Shown here piece by piece: positions 25,054-37,356 of a DNA stretch of 64,000 nt. The DNA is from Coniocarpon cinnabarinum (taxonomy: Eukaryota): assembly GCA_051942205.1 (NCBI GenBank), contig JAVECO010000133.1, forward strand, positions 1 through 64,000, in the 5' to 3' direction. Both the position numbers and the translations under genes were made by a program. Within the stretch, counting starts at the first letter, position 1, and each line of letters starts with the position of its first letter. The notes under the pieces are model-generated. The model made no database searches and was not told the DNA's origin. It worked only from the letters and a program-made list of their open reading frames with translations.

Positions 25054-26903
25054 TCGTCCTAGGACGTGTGTCGAGCAAAGCCTCTAGTGCAGCCACTACA
25101 AGATTGCCCTGAACCTCGCAAACCGTGTCGACACTGAACATGCTTTGACGGATGATTCAGAGATATGTAGGTGCTCAAGTGCTCGTATACTCTGGTGGTA
25201 CAATGTGGCTCACACAGAACACCCGTCTACAACGGTGCCTCCCCAGTGTGCTTCTATTTCTGCACACTGACATGCGAGGACGTTCGAAGCACCTCCCAAA
25301 CAAACCGTGACCCCAAATTACTTCTTTGATGCCACAAGTCAACGACACTGCGTCTCGAAGTGGTAGTGCTTTAGCTTCAAGATGATGGAGCCACAGAGCC
25401 ACTTAAGCCAGGAGACAAGAGTTCGAAGCGGCAGGCGATCGCCCATTAAATGAGTGGAAAAGCGCGAAAGGCGGACCACAATTATGGAGTGCGACGACGG
25501 CTCATACGACCAATTGTGCAATCCGGAATCCCCAATCATCTCTGTACCACGAAAACCATGCCACAATCTGCCTTTACCCATTGGTGTGCCATGAATGAAA
25601 AGCTTGCATTCACGGTGGCAAGGTGCGAAAGGTTTTGTGGAGCAGGACTGCACTCGAGTACGGACGGCCCAAGTTCTAATACTTGTATCAAGAGATCATC
25701 CCGTGTCCTCCATAAAGAATCCCAAGGGAAGGGCACCATCTTGGAGCTGCGCCCAGGTCGAGGACGTCAATTTGATGCGCTTGAGCAATGTGGAGTGCGA
25801 GCCACGTTGCAGAAATTGTGCAGTGCTGCCGTACCTGCGCCACTAGTTGCCACTCGCCACTATAGGTGCTTCCGCATTTATGCCCAAATTCTCAGGCGCG
25901 TAAACAGGTACCTTCAGCTCGACGCGCTACTGACGCACGTCAGCAAGACTCCCCCGAAATCTTTTCAACTTCTCCAATCCGACGACGCCCACAATCAGCT
26001 CGACAAAGACCGAGCATGTCCTTGCCAAAAGCTTCGGAAGCTCTGGCGAGAACGCATAGTCTGTACATCTCGACAGCGTACCTCGCGGAATCCGCTTGCG
26101 GGGTGCGAGGGTCCACATGCGCGTACAAGGAGAATGGGACGTATCCTACTGTGTCCTGCATGAGCGGGATGTGACGCCAGCCTTGTCCGACACTCGCTTT
26201 TCAAGCCTTCTCAGCAGATGGTCTTGACCTGCTGCAAAAGACGCCGATCACGGCTTACTAGAAGACGTGCCAGCTGAGTATGGAAACAAGTTTTAGCCCG
26301 CGGCCGTAGAAAACACGTCTGGCCCCTTGGAAGTGCCTCTCTCCGCTGCTGATCTGAGAGAAAGAAGTATCGTTTCTGCGAGATATCGGCTGATTGGACC
26401 CCTGGCATCCTGGTCTCTTCGGACGATGACATGCATTATTCCCCTTCGACAGGCGATGCCTGCAAACTTTATCCAACGTGCGTGATCCAAGCTGGATTCC
26501 TCCTCTGAACGATGAGCCGATGCTGAAGCGCCTCTCCTGAATATCTGACGTTGTGCAAGAGCGCACTGGGCAATCCGAGCCTGCTCCTGCAAGCCTACCG
26601 CGGCAGCACCATCGGGCTGACATGTCCGATTCCTTGAAAGAATGCCAATCAATCTAGTGCGACCATCGTCCAGGATGCTTCTTGTACTGATTGCCAAGTG
26701 TACCGCTCATCCACACGGGCTGGAGTCTTAGATTTTGCGATGTCTCCCGCACTTTTCATGCTTTTGATCCGCACCTGCATGTTAGTTTTTACTGGTAAAA
26801 GGTAGATGCTTACCTATCATGATTTCGCGTTCTCAGCACCTTTTCGAACATTCATTCTTGACCTTTCCATGACCATTCCCTCGGGGAAACCTCTTCAGAA
26901 GGC

Positions 26904-28345
26904 ATGGCACAAATTGTTACCTACGACTCTACTCCACCAAGACATCCTACGGCCCATGACGAGGAATACATTGGCGGCCGCCTCGAGGCCGTCGCCATCG
27001 TGTTTCTGGTGCTGACCACGGGCTTCACTATCGCAAGAGTCGTGTCGAGTCGCATCAAGAACAGGCCATGGGGTCTGGAAGACACCTTGAGTGTCCCCTC
27101 GTACATCTTCTGTCTAGTCACGTGTATTTTAGGACTAGGTGAGTCATACGAAAAACACCGAAATACGAAATGTCGATGAAGAGATGCTGTTGCTGGATGT
27201 CTTTGTCTCGAAGGCGTGGCGGCGCTCATCCTACTCAAGATCCAGTTCCTGGACCCCTTGTATTAGAGGAGTGCGGGGATCAAGAGCTGAGGGCATGACC
27301 GCGGTGGCCTACTTTGCCGATGAAACGCCGAGTACTGCCACAAACCTTTTGAACTGACCACAGTGTAGTGTTTGTGCGGAAATGTAATGCTGGATATCAT
27401 ACGAATGTCGCGATCGGGCGCGATCCCGAATCAATCACGATCTGGGCAAAGACAATTTATGCCTTTGTGTTAACTTATGTCGCCGCTGTCAGTTTCCCAA
27501 AACTCTCGATCCTGGCGCTGTATCATCGTATCTTCACATATAGATCCGCACAGCTTTTTGCTCGGATTGTTGGAGCTCTGGTCATTGCAAACTGGTTTGG
27601 CGCTACAGTCGCAGCCATTTTCTCTTGCACTCCGATCAGATCCTTCTGGGACAAGGCGACTTCGGGAACATGCATTGACCTGGAGCTTTTCTACAAAGTC
27701 AACTGCATCACGATTATCCTAACAGATCTTCCACTTCTGGTCATGCCATTTCCTTCTCTGTGGAAGGTGCAAACATCCGTGACCAGAAAAGTAGGCCTCG
27801 GTTTCATCTTCATCTGCGGAGGCCTGTGAGTGTAGCCACGTATACTGGTCGACACAAGCTGATGATGTCGTTCAGGGGTGTGATTGCTTCCATCATCCGT
27901 TTCGTCCTTTTCTACAAGAGCAATTTACTTGGAGATCCAACATGTGCGCATACCGTCTCCGTTCACAGTTGACTAGCCAGCTGACTTGTTATTAGGGGCC
28001 GGTATTGACCTAGGCAGTTGGTCAATCATCGACTGTAGCATGTACCACATTGCATCCTGTCTGCTGCTGATGAAGCCGCTCGTGCAACATATTGGTGGCT
28101 ACTTTGGTCATTTTCGCACATTCTTGGAAAAGCACACCATGCAGTCTCGCGACTCGGTGGCCCTTGCGCACCTGTCAGCTTCACAAGCGCAGTCGAAAGG
28201 ATTTGCAACACTGCCTGACCTCAGCTTATCGGAGGAGGGTCTAGTGAGAGACAATTTCGCGTCCAAACAGATGCTGGAACCTGCGACTAGAGACACCGCG
28301 ATCGGCATACGAAAAGACATCTGGGTTACCGAAGCCAACGGTTAA
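26904..28345 (+). CDS. PTH11-like / fungal rhodopsin-domain integral membrane protein #3
   Basis: Four exons. Motifs FTIARV..PWGLEDTL, NAGYH, PKLSILALYHRIF, SCTPIRSFWD, IILTDLPLLVMP and WSIIDCSMYHIASCL. Tail SKGFATLP...RKDIWVTE. Confidence 0.9.
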
Positions 28346-28967
28346 TCCTGTTGTTGATCAAAAGCGCTTGTGTCAGCTAGCTAACATTACTGGTTTGTGC
28401 AGACTCCGCAATGTATCTGGTCCATTTCACAAAAATCGAGACAATGGCTGGTTTCTGTCCTGCCGAGAACACAGGAGGCACGGCGCATCTCACGGGTGGG
28501 ATCGTCATAACAATAATGCACTCCAGGGAGGCTGTGAGCGTCTAAGCGGCACGGCATGACCTCAGCTAGTGCCTCGAGACAGGTTTCCGCCCTACCGTTT
28601 CCGAATCTTCCGAAAGACACCATAGGAGCGCTGTCTTTGCAGAAGCGGCATCAACGACGCGTTTTATGATCACTGACCTTGTCGTTACCCGCTTCATATC
28701 ACGTATTGACGGTTTTCGTATGGATTAGGGCCTAGCGTACCGGATGCGGAGCACGCGCGTGGCAAAGAAACACGAGATGATGACAGGGGCCAAAAGAATC
28801 CAGATAATCTGACCCACTACCCAAAACATCCAGATCACATCTGCCGCCCTTCTGAACGTTAGCCGCAAATCCACCGGCTGAATATAAACTTCTGGCATGA
28901 TAAATCTTCGAGCCGGCGCATGATCTCCTCTCTCCTCACTCCATACCACACTTTACGTTGACTCACC

Positions 28968-30768
28968 ATGGGATTCGAAACGTCACCTGCAGGTGCTCGA
29001 CTGGTCGTCAACTGTATTGACGAAATTGCAGCCCGCGACCCTCATCGGCAATGGGGAGCTCGTCCTCGAAACAATAAGAAGCTCAGTGAGGGGTTCCAGC
29101 CGATCTCATATTCTTACATCGCCAACGCCATCAATCACGCGTCTTGGTGGCTGAAAGAACAGATGGGAGATGGCAGAATGCCTTTTGAGGTTTTTGCGTA
29201 TCAAGGGCCAAACGACCTCAGGGCTTTGATCCTCGCCGTCGCGGCTGCCAAAACGCACAAACAGGTATGAGAGAGCCTCTGCAGTATGCATCGTCCTGAG
29301 TGCAGCGGTGAGGGCTGAACATCAGGTGTAGATACTCCTTCCTTCGCCCATGGCAACTGCCAAAGCACAGGAGCATGTGCTTCAGAGGACGAATTGCACG
29401 ACGTATATTCATGCGTCCACTTTCGAACCCAGCGTCGACTGTACTGCTCTAGGCGTAAGGGAGCTCGTGGCGCCTGAGATCGACGAATGGTTATCGTACA
29501 ACCCGGCCGACACATTTCCATACACCAAGTCTTGGGACGAAGCAAAGTTTGACCCATGGGTCGTTGTTCATACGTCTGGCACAACCGGTAAACAGCTATG
29601 AACCTGCTTCAACCTCACGGAACTGATCACGGCTCCTAGGTCTGCCAAAACCCATCACCTACACCAATATGATGATGTCCATGGTGGATGCCGTCACCTT
29701 CTTGCCCTCCACCAACGGTCGCAACCACTACGAAGACTACATTGGCAAGCCCATCTACTCCTCATTTCCCATGTACCATGTAAGTGACCACCCTCTCCAT
29801 ATCGTCCCCACAGCTCACATTGTGTGAAGTGTCCTGGCATCTTTTTCGCCCTCCAAACCCCTGTCTTCCTCAACTCAGTCTACATCATGGGCCCGCCCAC
29901 ACCCGCAACTTCAGACACTGTCCAGGACATTCTGAAATATGCGAATCCCTCTCTCGCCTACCTGACTCCCTCCATCATCGAAGGCCTCTCACGCACCTCA
30001 ACCGGCCTCGACCAACTCAAACACCTCAAACATCTCCACTACGCCGGTGCGCCCTTGCGTAAGGCTCTAGGCGATCAACTGAAGCAGCACGTCCCTCTCA
30101 CGCCCATCTTTGGGTCCACAGAATGTGGCGGATACCACCGCATCCCGCGCTGCGACAAGACACCAGAAGACTACGAGTACGTCCCGTTCGCGCCTGAAAA
30201 TGGAGTCGTTTTCGAACCATTCGAGCCGGCGCCGGAGCTGTGCGAGTTTGTGTTCCATCGTGACGCGCGGTTCGCGCGCTGGCAGCAGATCTTCTGGGTG
30301 TATCCTGACGAGAAGGTCGTGCGAACGAAGGACTTGTTCCAGAAACATCCCACCAAGGAGGGATTATGGCGCTTCGTGGGCCGCGTTGATGATTTTGTAT
30401 CGTTGGCGCATGGGCCGGGGATGTACGTCGCTAAGCTTGAGGCCGAGCTGATGCTGGATCCGCGGATCGAGACGGCGCTGGTAGGTGGACAGGGCCGGAC
30501 CCAAGCGTTTGTTGTTCTTTCCCCTGAACCTACGTGGCGTCAGGAGCAAAGCGGAAAGTCAGATGACGAGATACTGGAAGAGTTGTGGCCGATTGTTGAA
30601 ATGGTGAATCGGCATTGCTCTGAGATTGCCAAGTTGAGACGGGAGACGACTATGATTGCGGATGCGGATAGGTCGTTGCCACGGACTGGCAAGGGCGGGG
30701 TTGCAAGGAATGCGGCGCTGGGTTTGTATGAGGATGATGTGGAGAGGTTGTACCAAAGACTGGACTGA
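28968..30768 (+). CDS. Stand-alone NRPS-like adenylation (ANL/AMP-binding) enzyme lacking T and R domains
   Basis: Exons 28968-29264, 29332-29587, 29640-29779, 29830-30768. Motifs HTSGTTGLPKPI (P-loop), AGAPL, FGSTECG, RTKDLF, WRFVGRVDD and LPRTGKG (A10 Lys), followed by a stop. Confidence 0.9.
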
Positions 30769-31890
30769 GGCTTCGAGGGGAAAGGAGAATGGGTGAGTGA
30801 AGGTGGGTGTTTTCCACGCGGAGATCGTTAGGGCACGACTTGTCCGTCGGGTACAGACGCAGCTTGTCCAGCATGATAGCAATATCTGACCCCTTTGCCA
30901 GGAGAACACACGCTTCGTTCGCCACCTTGCTCTCCGCTCACTCATCTCGTCGCATTCATGGCCATGGACATCCGTAACAACTTCTGGCCCACATGCGCGG
31001 GCTGATACTTGGCAGCACGATAGCGGTACTCACGCGCCTTTATCCTCGCGAGACTGAAAACCATATCACTCTTTTCTCGGGTGAGAACGGCCCATTCCAG
31101 CAAGTCCCGCTCGAGGTATCAATCTCTCAACAAGACTTCTTAAAAAGACCATCACTTGATAATTAACAAGTAAGCCGTCGTATGCAGCGGCGACGTGATT
31201 TTGATGCACTGATTCTCTCATCGTGTGTATCAGTGGTGTGACTACGTTCATCACGACACTGGTCACGACACTGGTCAGCAACAGTAGCGTCATCGTTGTT
31301 TCAGTCACACAAACAGCATCCCTTCCGACCCCCTACTTGAAATACAACGCTCACGTTCCATACGAATAGCATCCATCCGTCAAACGCGTGCACTACATCT
31401 ATCGACGGGCTGGCCTACCCTTTCGCAATCCATTTCTCTCCCCCAGAAGAAGAGGTCAACCTTGCAGAGTCTTCAGCAGCTATCCTCCTTCCAGTATCGT
31501 CTTCTTGTCACGACAAGTTTTCTTGCGCGCCCTGACATCCTGCACTTCTTCATCTCTGTTTCGCTCCCACGCGTGCCTCTTCCTCGCTTCCGCCCTCTCC
31601 TGTCATGCTGATCTCTTGCTCCCCTTTTGTCTCCTGCCGGTCTGCCCTTAGCATTTCTTTCTTTCTTTCTTTGCAATTTCCTTCTGCATTGACAAGGGCA
31701 ATGACAATGATTGAGACACTGACGCTGGCTGTTGTTTCCAGCATTTTCTCCATCCTGGCCTAGCTTGTGGGTCTCTGGCCAAGCGATTGACGTATCAAAG
31801 ACGTCGTTGGCACTTCATACCTGAATGGCATACCAATCATCTGTTGTTTGCTCGGAGTATCGAAGGTGGTTGGGCTTGGATTGACGTAGC

Positions 31891-32292
31891 GCTACTACTT
31901 TACCGCCGCCACTTTACTTCACGCTACCTCATCTACGCCACTTCACCTAACGCCACTTCACCTAACGCCACTTCACCTCACGCCACTTCACCTCACGCCA
32001 CTTCACCTTACGCCACTTCACCTTACGCTACTTCACCTTACGCTACTTTACCTTACCCTACTTTACTTTAAGTTACTTCGCCTACGCTGCTTTACGCGAC
32101 TTTATCTAATACTACTTTACCTACGCTACTTTACCTAACGCTACTTAACCTTACGATACTTTACCTTACGCCACTTCGCCTTACGCTACTTTACCTAACG
32201 CTACTTTACCTAACGCCACTTCGCCTACGCTACTTCACCTACGCTACTTCACCTTCCGCTACTTTACCTAACACCACTTCACCTACGCCACG
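31891..32292. repeat. Degenerate minisatellite, 14-15-bp unit CGCCACTTCACCT(A/T/C)A, about 27 copies
   Basis: Directly visible tandem array. Central units read CGCTACTTTACCT. Confidence 0.95.
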
Positions 32293-32681
32293 TATCTTAA
32301 AATCCATCACCTAAACCCACGTATCTTCATCGACAAGGATGCATAAGTAACGGGGTCAAACATAGCCAGCGTGTCGATCAAAGCAGACCCCGTAGAATAA
32401 GCCAACCAACCCCTATTCGCTACGGTGGCGTTAACGTTACAAAGGATCTCTCGCCATACGGATGCCAATGTGCAGATGCCAATCCACGATCAGTGTCTTA
32501 TTTTGATGCAGCGAGTGATACCACGGCGCGTCTGGCATCAAATGGCTCTTTTCACGCTCTATATACACTTGCGCTTCCCATGCGTTCATGCCATTTCAAG
32601 CCATACATTCATACCACGTGACGTCGTAACCCCATACCCACGCTCATTCTATCCCAACCCAACCCCAACCCATCAAACGCA

Positions 32682-34110
32682 TCACCTCCCCGTCCCCTCC
32701 GTCACCCAAATATCCCTCCTGACCTGAATCCCTTCGATTTCTACAGGTCCCAACTCCGGACTCTCCGCCTGTGTCTTCCCATCCCTCTTGAAGAAAGTGC
32801 GATAGTCCACCAACTCCTCCTCGTCACCCTCTTCACCCGGCAGGGTCGCGAAGCCCTTTGATCGACCCTGAGACGCGGGAATGTTCGTCATGCGGTAGGA
32901 GTCGGAGGCGGGCTCGGGTTTGCGGCCGGTCAGGGTGTTGAAGAGGCCTTTGGTTTGGGTGCTGAGTTGTTGCGCGAGGGGATAGATTGAGAGGAGGCAG
33001 GCGGCTATGAGATAGAAGCCGGGTTCGATGATGGACCAGCCGACGAAGGAGCGGAAGGTGTCTGTGATGCGTCAGTATCCGTGTTGCGGTTTTGTGGTTT
33101 GTGGAGAAAGGGGACCAGCGTGGAAAGAAAGTGTGTAAGGGAGAGGGCCGAGACCCTCAGTGAATGGAGGAGTGTGGAAAGGAAAGGGAGTGGCGTCGTG
33201 GGGCGGGACGCTCAAGCGTGGGGCAGTGAAACACGTACAAGATGGTTCCGAAAAAGTGTCGTGGGTGAGGAAAATGGCAAAGCGGACGATGGAGGCGATC
33301 ATGCCACTGTGGTCAAGTGGTTAGCGTAAACACTTGCGCTGCAAGAAGGTGATTGCCACGCACAGTCCACCGCAGATGAAGATGAATATTAATCCCAGCT
33401 TCCTCGGCCAAGTGGCATGCAACCTCAAACAACTCGGAATAGGCAACAACAACATCGGAACATCAATAATCAGTGCCGGCAAGTTTGAGTACTTGTAAAA
33501 GGCCTTGAGATTAATGCATTTGCCGTGGATCTTCGGGTTGAAGACCATGCTGACAGGGACACATTGCGCCGCGGACGGAATGGAGGTCGCGATCCAGTTG
33601 GCGATGACCAGCGCAATCAGAATCCATGTCGCGACACGGGTCCACTGCGAGGTAAAAACCCGACGGTACAGAGCGAGGATAGAGAGTTTGGCGAAGGTGC
33701 AGGCCGCGAAATAGATGAGGGCGATGGAGTAGAGGAGGCGGCCGAGTCGTTGGAGGATGGCGGCCATGAATGCTTGTTGGCTCGGGAATGTGGTGGAAGG
33801 AGGGAAATTGTTTCGCGCGACGTAGACTGCAACGAGTGTGAGTACGATCAGTGCAATCGACAGTCTAGAGGGGAATTTGCTTACTGAATGAACAGATGCT
33901 CAATCCTGTGCAACATATATACGACAGCACCACGAGCGTGTCATCGACTCCCCATGGTGCATCGCGCAGAAAACGCCGCGAACAGACCCGCGCCAACGTG
34001 AAGAAGGTAGTGAGGATGAGGAACACGGCGGAGATGGCATTCTGCTGGGAACTGTTGAAGGAGTTGCTCTGGCGGGTGCGTGCATCAGGAATGTTCTGGT
34101 TGAGCGCCAT
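32682..34110 (-). CDS. PTH11-like / fungal rhodopsin-domain integral membrane protein #4
   Basis: Exons 34110-33885, 33826-33364, 33306-33239, 33061-32682. Motifs FTLARV..PWGVDDTL, AKLSILALYRRVF, IIDVPMLLLP and WSIIEPGFYLIAACL. Tail SKGFATLP...RRDIWVTE. Confidence 0.9.
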
Positions 34111-37100
34111 GCTGTCTACGCCCGTACACGCACATACACAACCTGTAACGAGCTAGACAACACGTGCGACAGGTCGCACCAGGAGCAAGGAACTAAAGAA
34201 AGGAAAGTAGGAAAAATTAGCAGGCAGGGATGGGCCGAGTGAAGAAACACAACGGCCTATGTATCTGCGGAAGAAGGACCGAGGAACAGCCTATACATGC
34301 GGTGCTCTCTTACGGGATAGTCAGCCAGCACAGGCGTAGACCGAGGGATGAATGGTGCGGCGGCATGGCATGACATGAGATGGCCAAAGTACACGAGACG
34401 GCGGAGGATGCAAATCGACTGTGGGCGTCCATTCGGCACATAAGAGCACCGCACGGCACACACTAACGGTTCCTCTGCCTCGACCGAGTGCTGTTGACAG
34501 CGCACCAGCGTTGTCAGCGGAGAGCAAGCACTAAAGAAAAGCTGCCTTTTCCCGTCCTTCACAGAAATAAGTATATGGCCCGGCCGGGTCCTCACCTCAT
34601 TCGCGTGGGCTGGTTCGGCCAGAAATCTGAATTATGGCATGGTGCTGCTGGGTTTTGGAGCACGGTGCGGGCGCGGCGTTGCGATCACAGCTCGCCACGT
34701 GCTGTTCAATGCACGCTGCAGGCCGTCAAAGCACGGCATCACAGCATCACAGCATCACAGCCGTCGCCATGCGGGCAAGGAAGGAGTGTGTCTGAAGGAG
34801 TCAGGCCGAGTCAGATTGGCCGTCAATGGCTTCGAGGATCACCACGCTTTGCCATTTGGGGCAAGCGCGACATGATCATGTGATCTTTGTCGACCTAGTC
34901 CAGCGAATGCCGCGTTGGCTTTGAGCCCCGGCGGTGTTGGAGGCAGGTCTGGCCCGTAGCCGTCGCCTACCAACCCTATTCTATTTCTGACGGGGTCCGT
35001 TCGCGGATCTGATCTTTTGGCCTGGGACACGAGATCAACCACCCTTCACCGTCGCACTGCCGAGACATTTAGTGATGGTGAGGGACACATTGAGGCGGGT
35101 TTCGCAGATCATCAAACGCCCCTTTCTCTATCTTTAAAAGTTCGATTGCCCTGGGTAGCCGTTCTTCGGTACGTCGTCATTGGGACAGATGTATGACACG
35201 CAGCCGAGAGGCTTGTGCGTATCTTGACGCCCACAGACTGTGACGGAAGCGAGAGGGATTCTGTGGGGACACCTAATGAAATCCTTACCGTGAATCGCGT
35301 GTTCGCCAAGCAGGCCTCGCATGTTCAATCGGTGCTTGGAAATGTACGCGGACTCGACACTCGTCTGTGGACATGGCCTGTCTTGGTGAGTGCTGACCGC
35401 CAGCGAGGTGTGTACAGGTGGTGCTCTCAACTACTTCGAGAGCCTTGCTCGTAGCACGACCGAAGCTGACCCTGCTCTCACGTCGTTGCAATCGAGCTCG
35501 ATGCTGTGATGACTCCTCGCGCAGCCGCAACAAGCAAACTTAAGCGAACTCAAACGCAGGCACAGTTGCGCGTCACACATGCCAAGCCCTGCCAACGCCA
35601 ACTTTCCCGTCACCTTTCCACGGTCCACGGCACGGGAGCTAGCCACTTAGCCCAAGCTTAAACTCCCTCTCGTTGGGCACTCGGGATGTTTTGCATCTCT
35701 CGACAGGCATCACAACTGTGAATCAACGTGGCCAATGCCTTGTCACGTCCTTCTGTTCCAGGTGGATCGTGATAGCAGAGATCTGCACAAGCATTGGAGT
35801 CCAGAACACCCACGCCTGACTCGTGACGAATATGGGCAATGTTTCAAGACGTCTGCTTGAGCCGAAGTGGTCCTTGCTGGTCCATATTCCCTCAGCATGT
35901 CCGAGTCTTCCATCTGTGGATCTGAGTGGCATGAGGCTCCATTGAAGAGTGCCTGCTCCATATCCTTGAACGTGCGCCGCCGCGATTGCATACGCAGTCC
36001 CTTTGACCGAGTGTGCCTTTTTTACATATAACGCTGATTGAAGCCAAATTTGTCCATTGATATACTGACTCCTAGGTGTTTTAGGCTTCTGGTCTCCGAC
36101 TTTCCTGATTTTCGAACAAGAGCCATAGGACGGGTTCAAAAATTCACAGGTTACTCATGGCATAATTGATTGATCGTGTTCGAACGCCTGTCAAATTTTA
36201 CAGTTAACAGAGGCACGGTACTTCAGGTGCTGCAAGCTCTTCGTACCGCTTGATCTTGGCATCGATTCTCATTCGAACTTCAAAAACAACCTGCCGCCTG
36301 TCAATCCAGGGCCTTGTTTTTGAAGTCACTGAAATAAAGGTAGTTGTACCGATGCTTATTTATTCAGCGTCATGACCACTGATGTCGGCTTCTAAAAAGG
36401 AACAGCATACCGGGGGCAGTCACACTATATGGAACCTCGACCGGCTCGATGTTGACCCATATGATAGCTATCACAATAGTGTTTTTCAAACTCGTATAAG
36501 CAGAATGTGCAAGCTAGCCACTGTGGGACATGCTCGATCAAGCAAGGAGTGTGGAACGCATCAGGGCGAGAGGGTAGGGCTTTGTCTGAGATAATTGATG
36601 CAGTAAAGTCGCCATATGGCGTATGGTAAAGTGGCGTGAGAGGTGAAGTGGCGCTAGATAATAGCAGCCTCAAATTCGATCCAGAAGAAGAGGAGTGTAG
36701 CGGCTGCATTCTCTCCTCGTCACATTGATTGCAGTCTTTTATCTTTGCAGAGACCCACACGATGCCTTTCTGACAGCACTAAAGGTGGCGCTGATGACAC
36801 GTCCTCGACCTCTACCAGCAGAAGAGGGGGTCTCTTTTTGTGTTTTACTATATGTGCCGGAAAGCTCGAGTAAGGCTCAATGGCATTGGTACCAGCGGTA
36901 TTACATACATCCGCTATGGGCTTTATACTAGCTTCCTGAATTTCGAGTCTTTCAAACTTCCATTTGCATCCCAATGGAGGTTTAGCCGGTGCTTGCAAGG
37001 CCTCAAGAGGACCTGAGTTCCTGAGCGCGATATATTGTCCCCGAGCGTAGACCTACACTTTTCACGACTTGACAGAATGATGTTCCTTTCCATCCAGAGA

Positions 37101-37356
37101 TGCAACAAATAGCAGGGTATGGATGTCTTGATAATACTGACTCACGCGCCAATGTCTCAGTCTCCCCCACTATTTTTGGCCAGGAGATATTTTCCAGCGT
37201 ATCTAAACCGTACGACCATTTGCAACCATAGAGGGACCAGGGAAAATCTCTACAGCCACCCACAGTGCGTCGACAGGCCAAGGGCGTACTTATTCAAAGG
37301 ATATCATTGCCATCAAATCGTAACGTACTCTATCCAAATGTCCAACGTTCTCCGTG

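Noticed and set aside
25450..26550. HET-domain pseudogene (GRAPSWSC resembles RAPSWSW)
   Set aside because: Only one short motif, with no other HET blocks in order and many stops.
31787..32071. ORF with ATSP(N/H/Y) repeats as a real protein, or the array as a CRISPR
   Set aside because: It is a TTG-started translation of the minisatellite. Units vary between 14 and 15 bp, breaking frame. There are no unique spacers or cas genes, and the context is eukaryotic.
34257..37350. Short ORFs between PTH11-like #4 and VPS62
   Set aside because: No coherent exon chain or family motif found.
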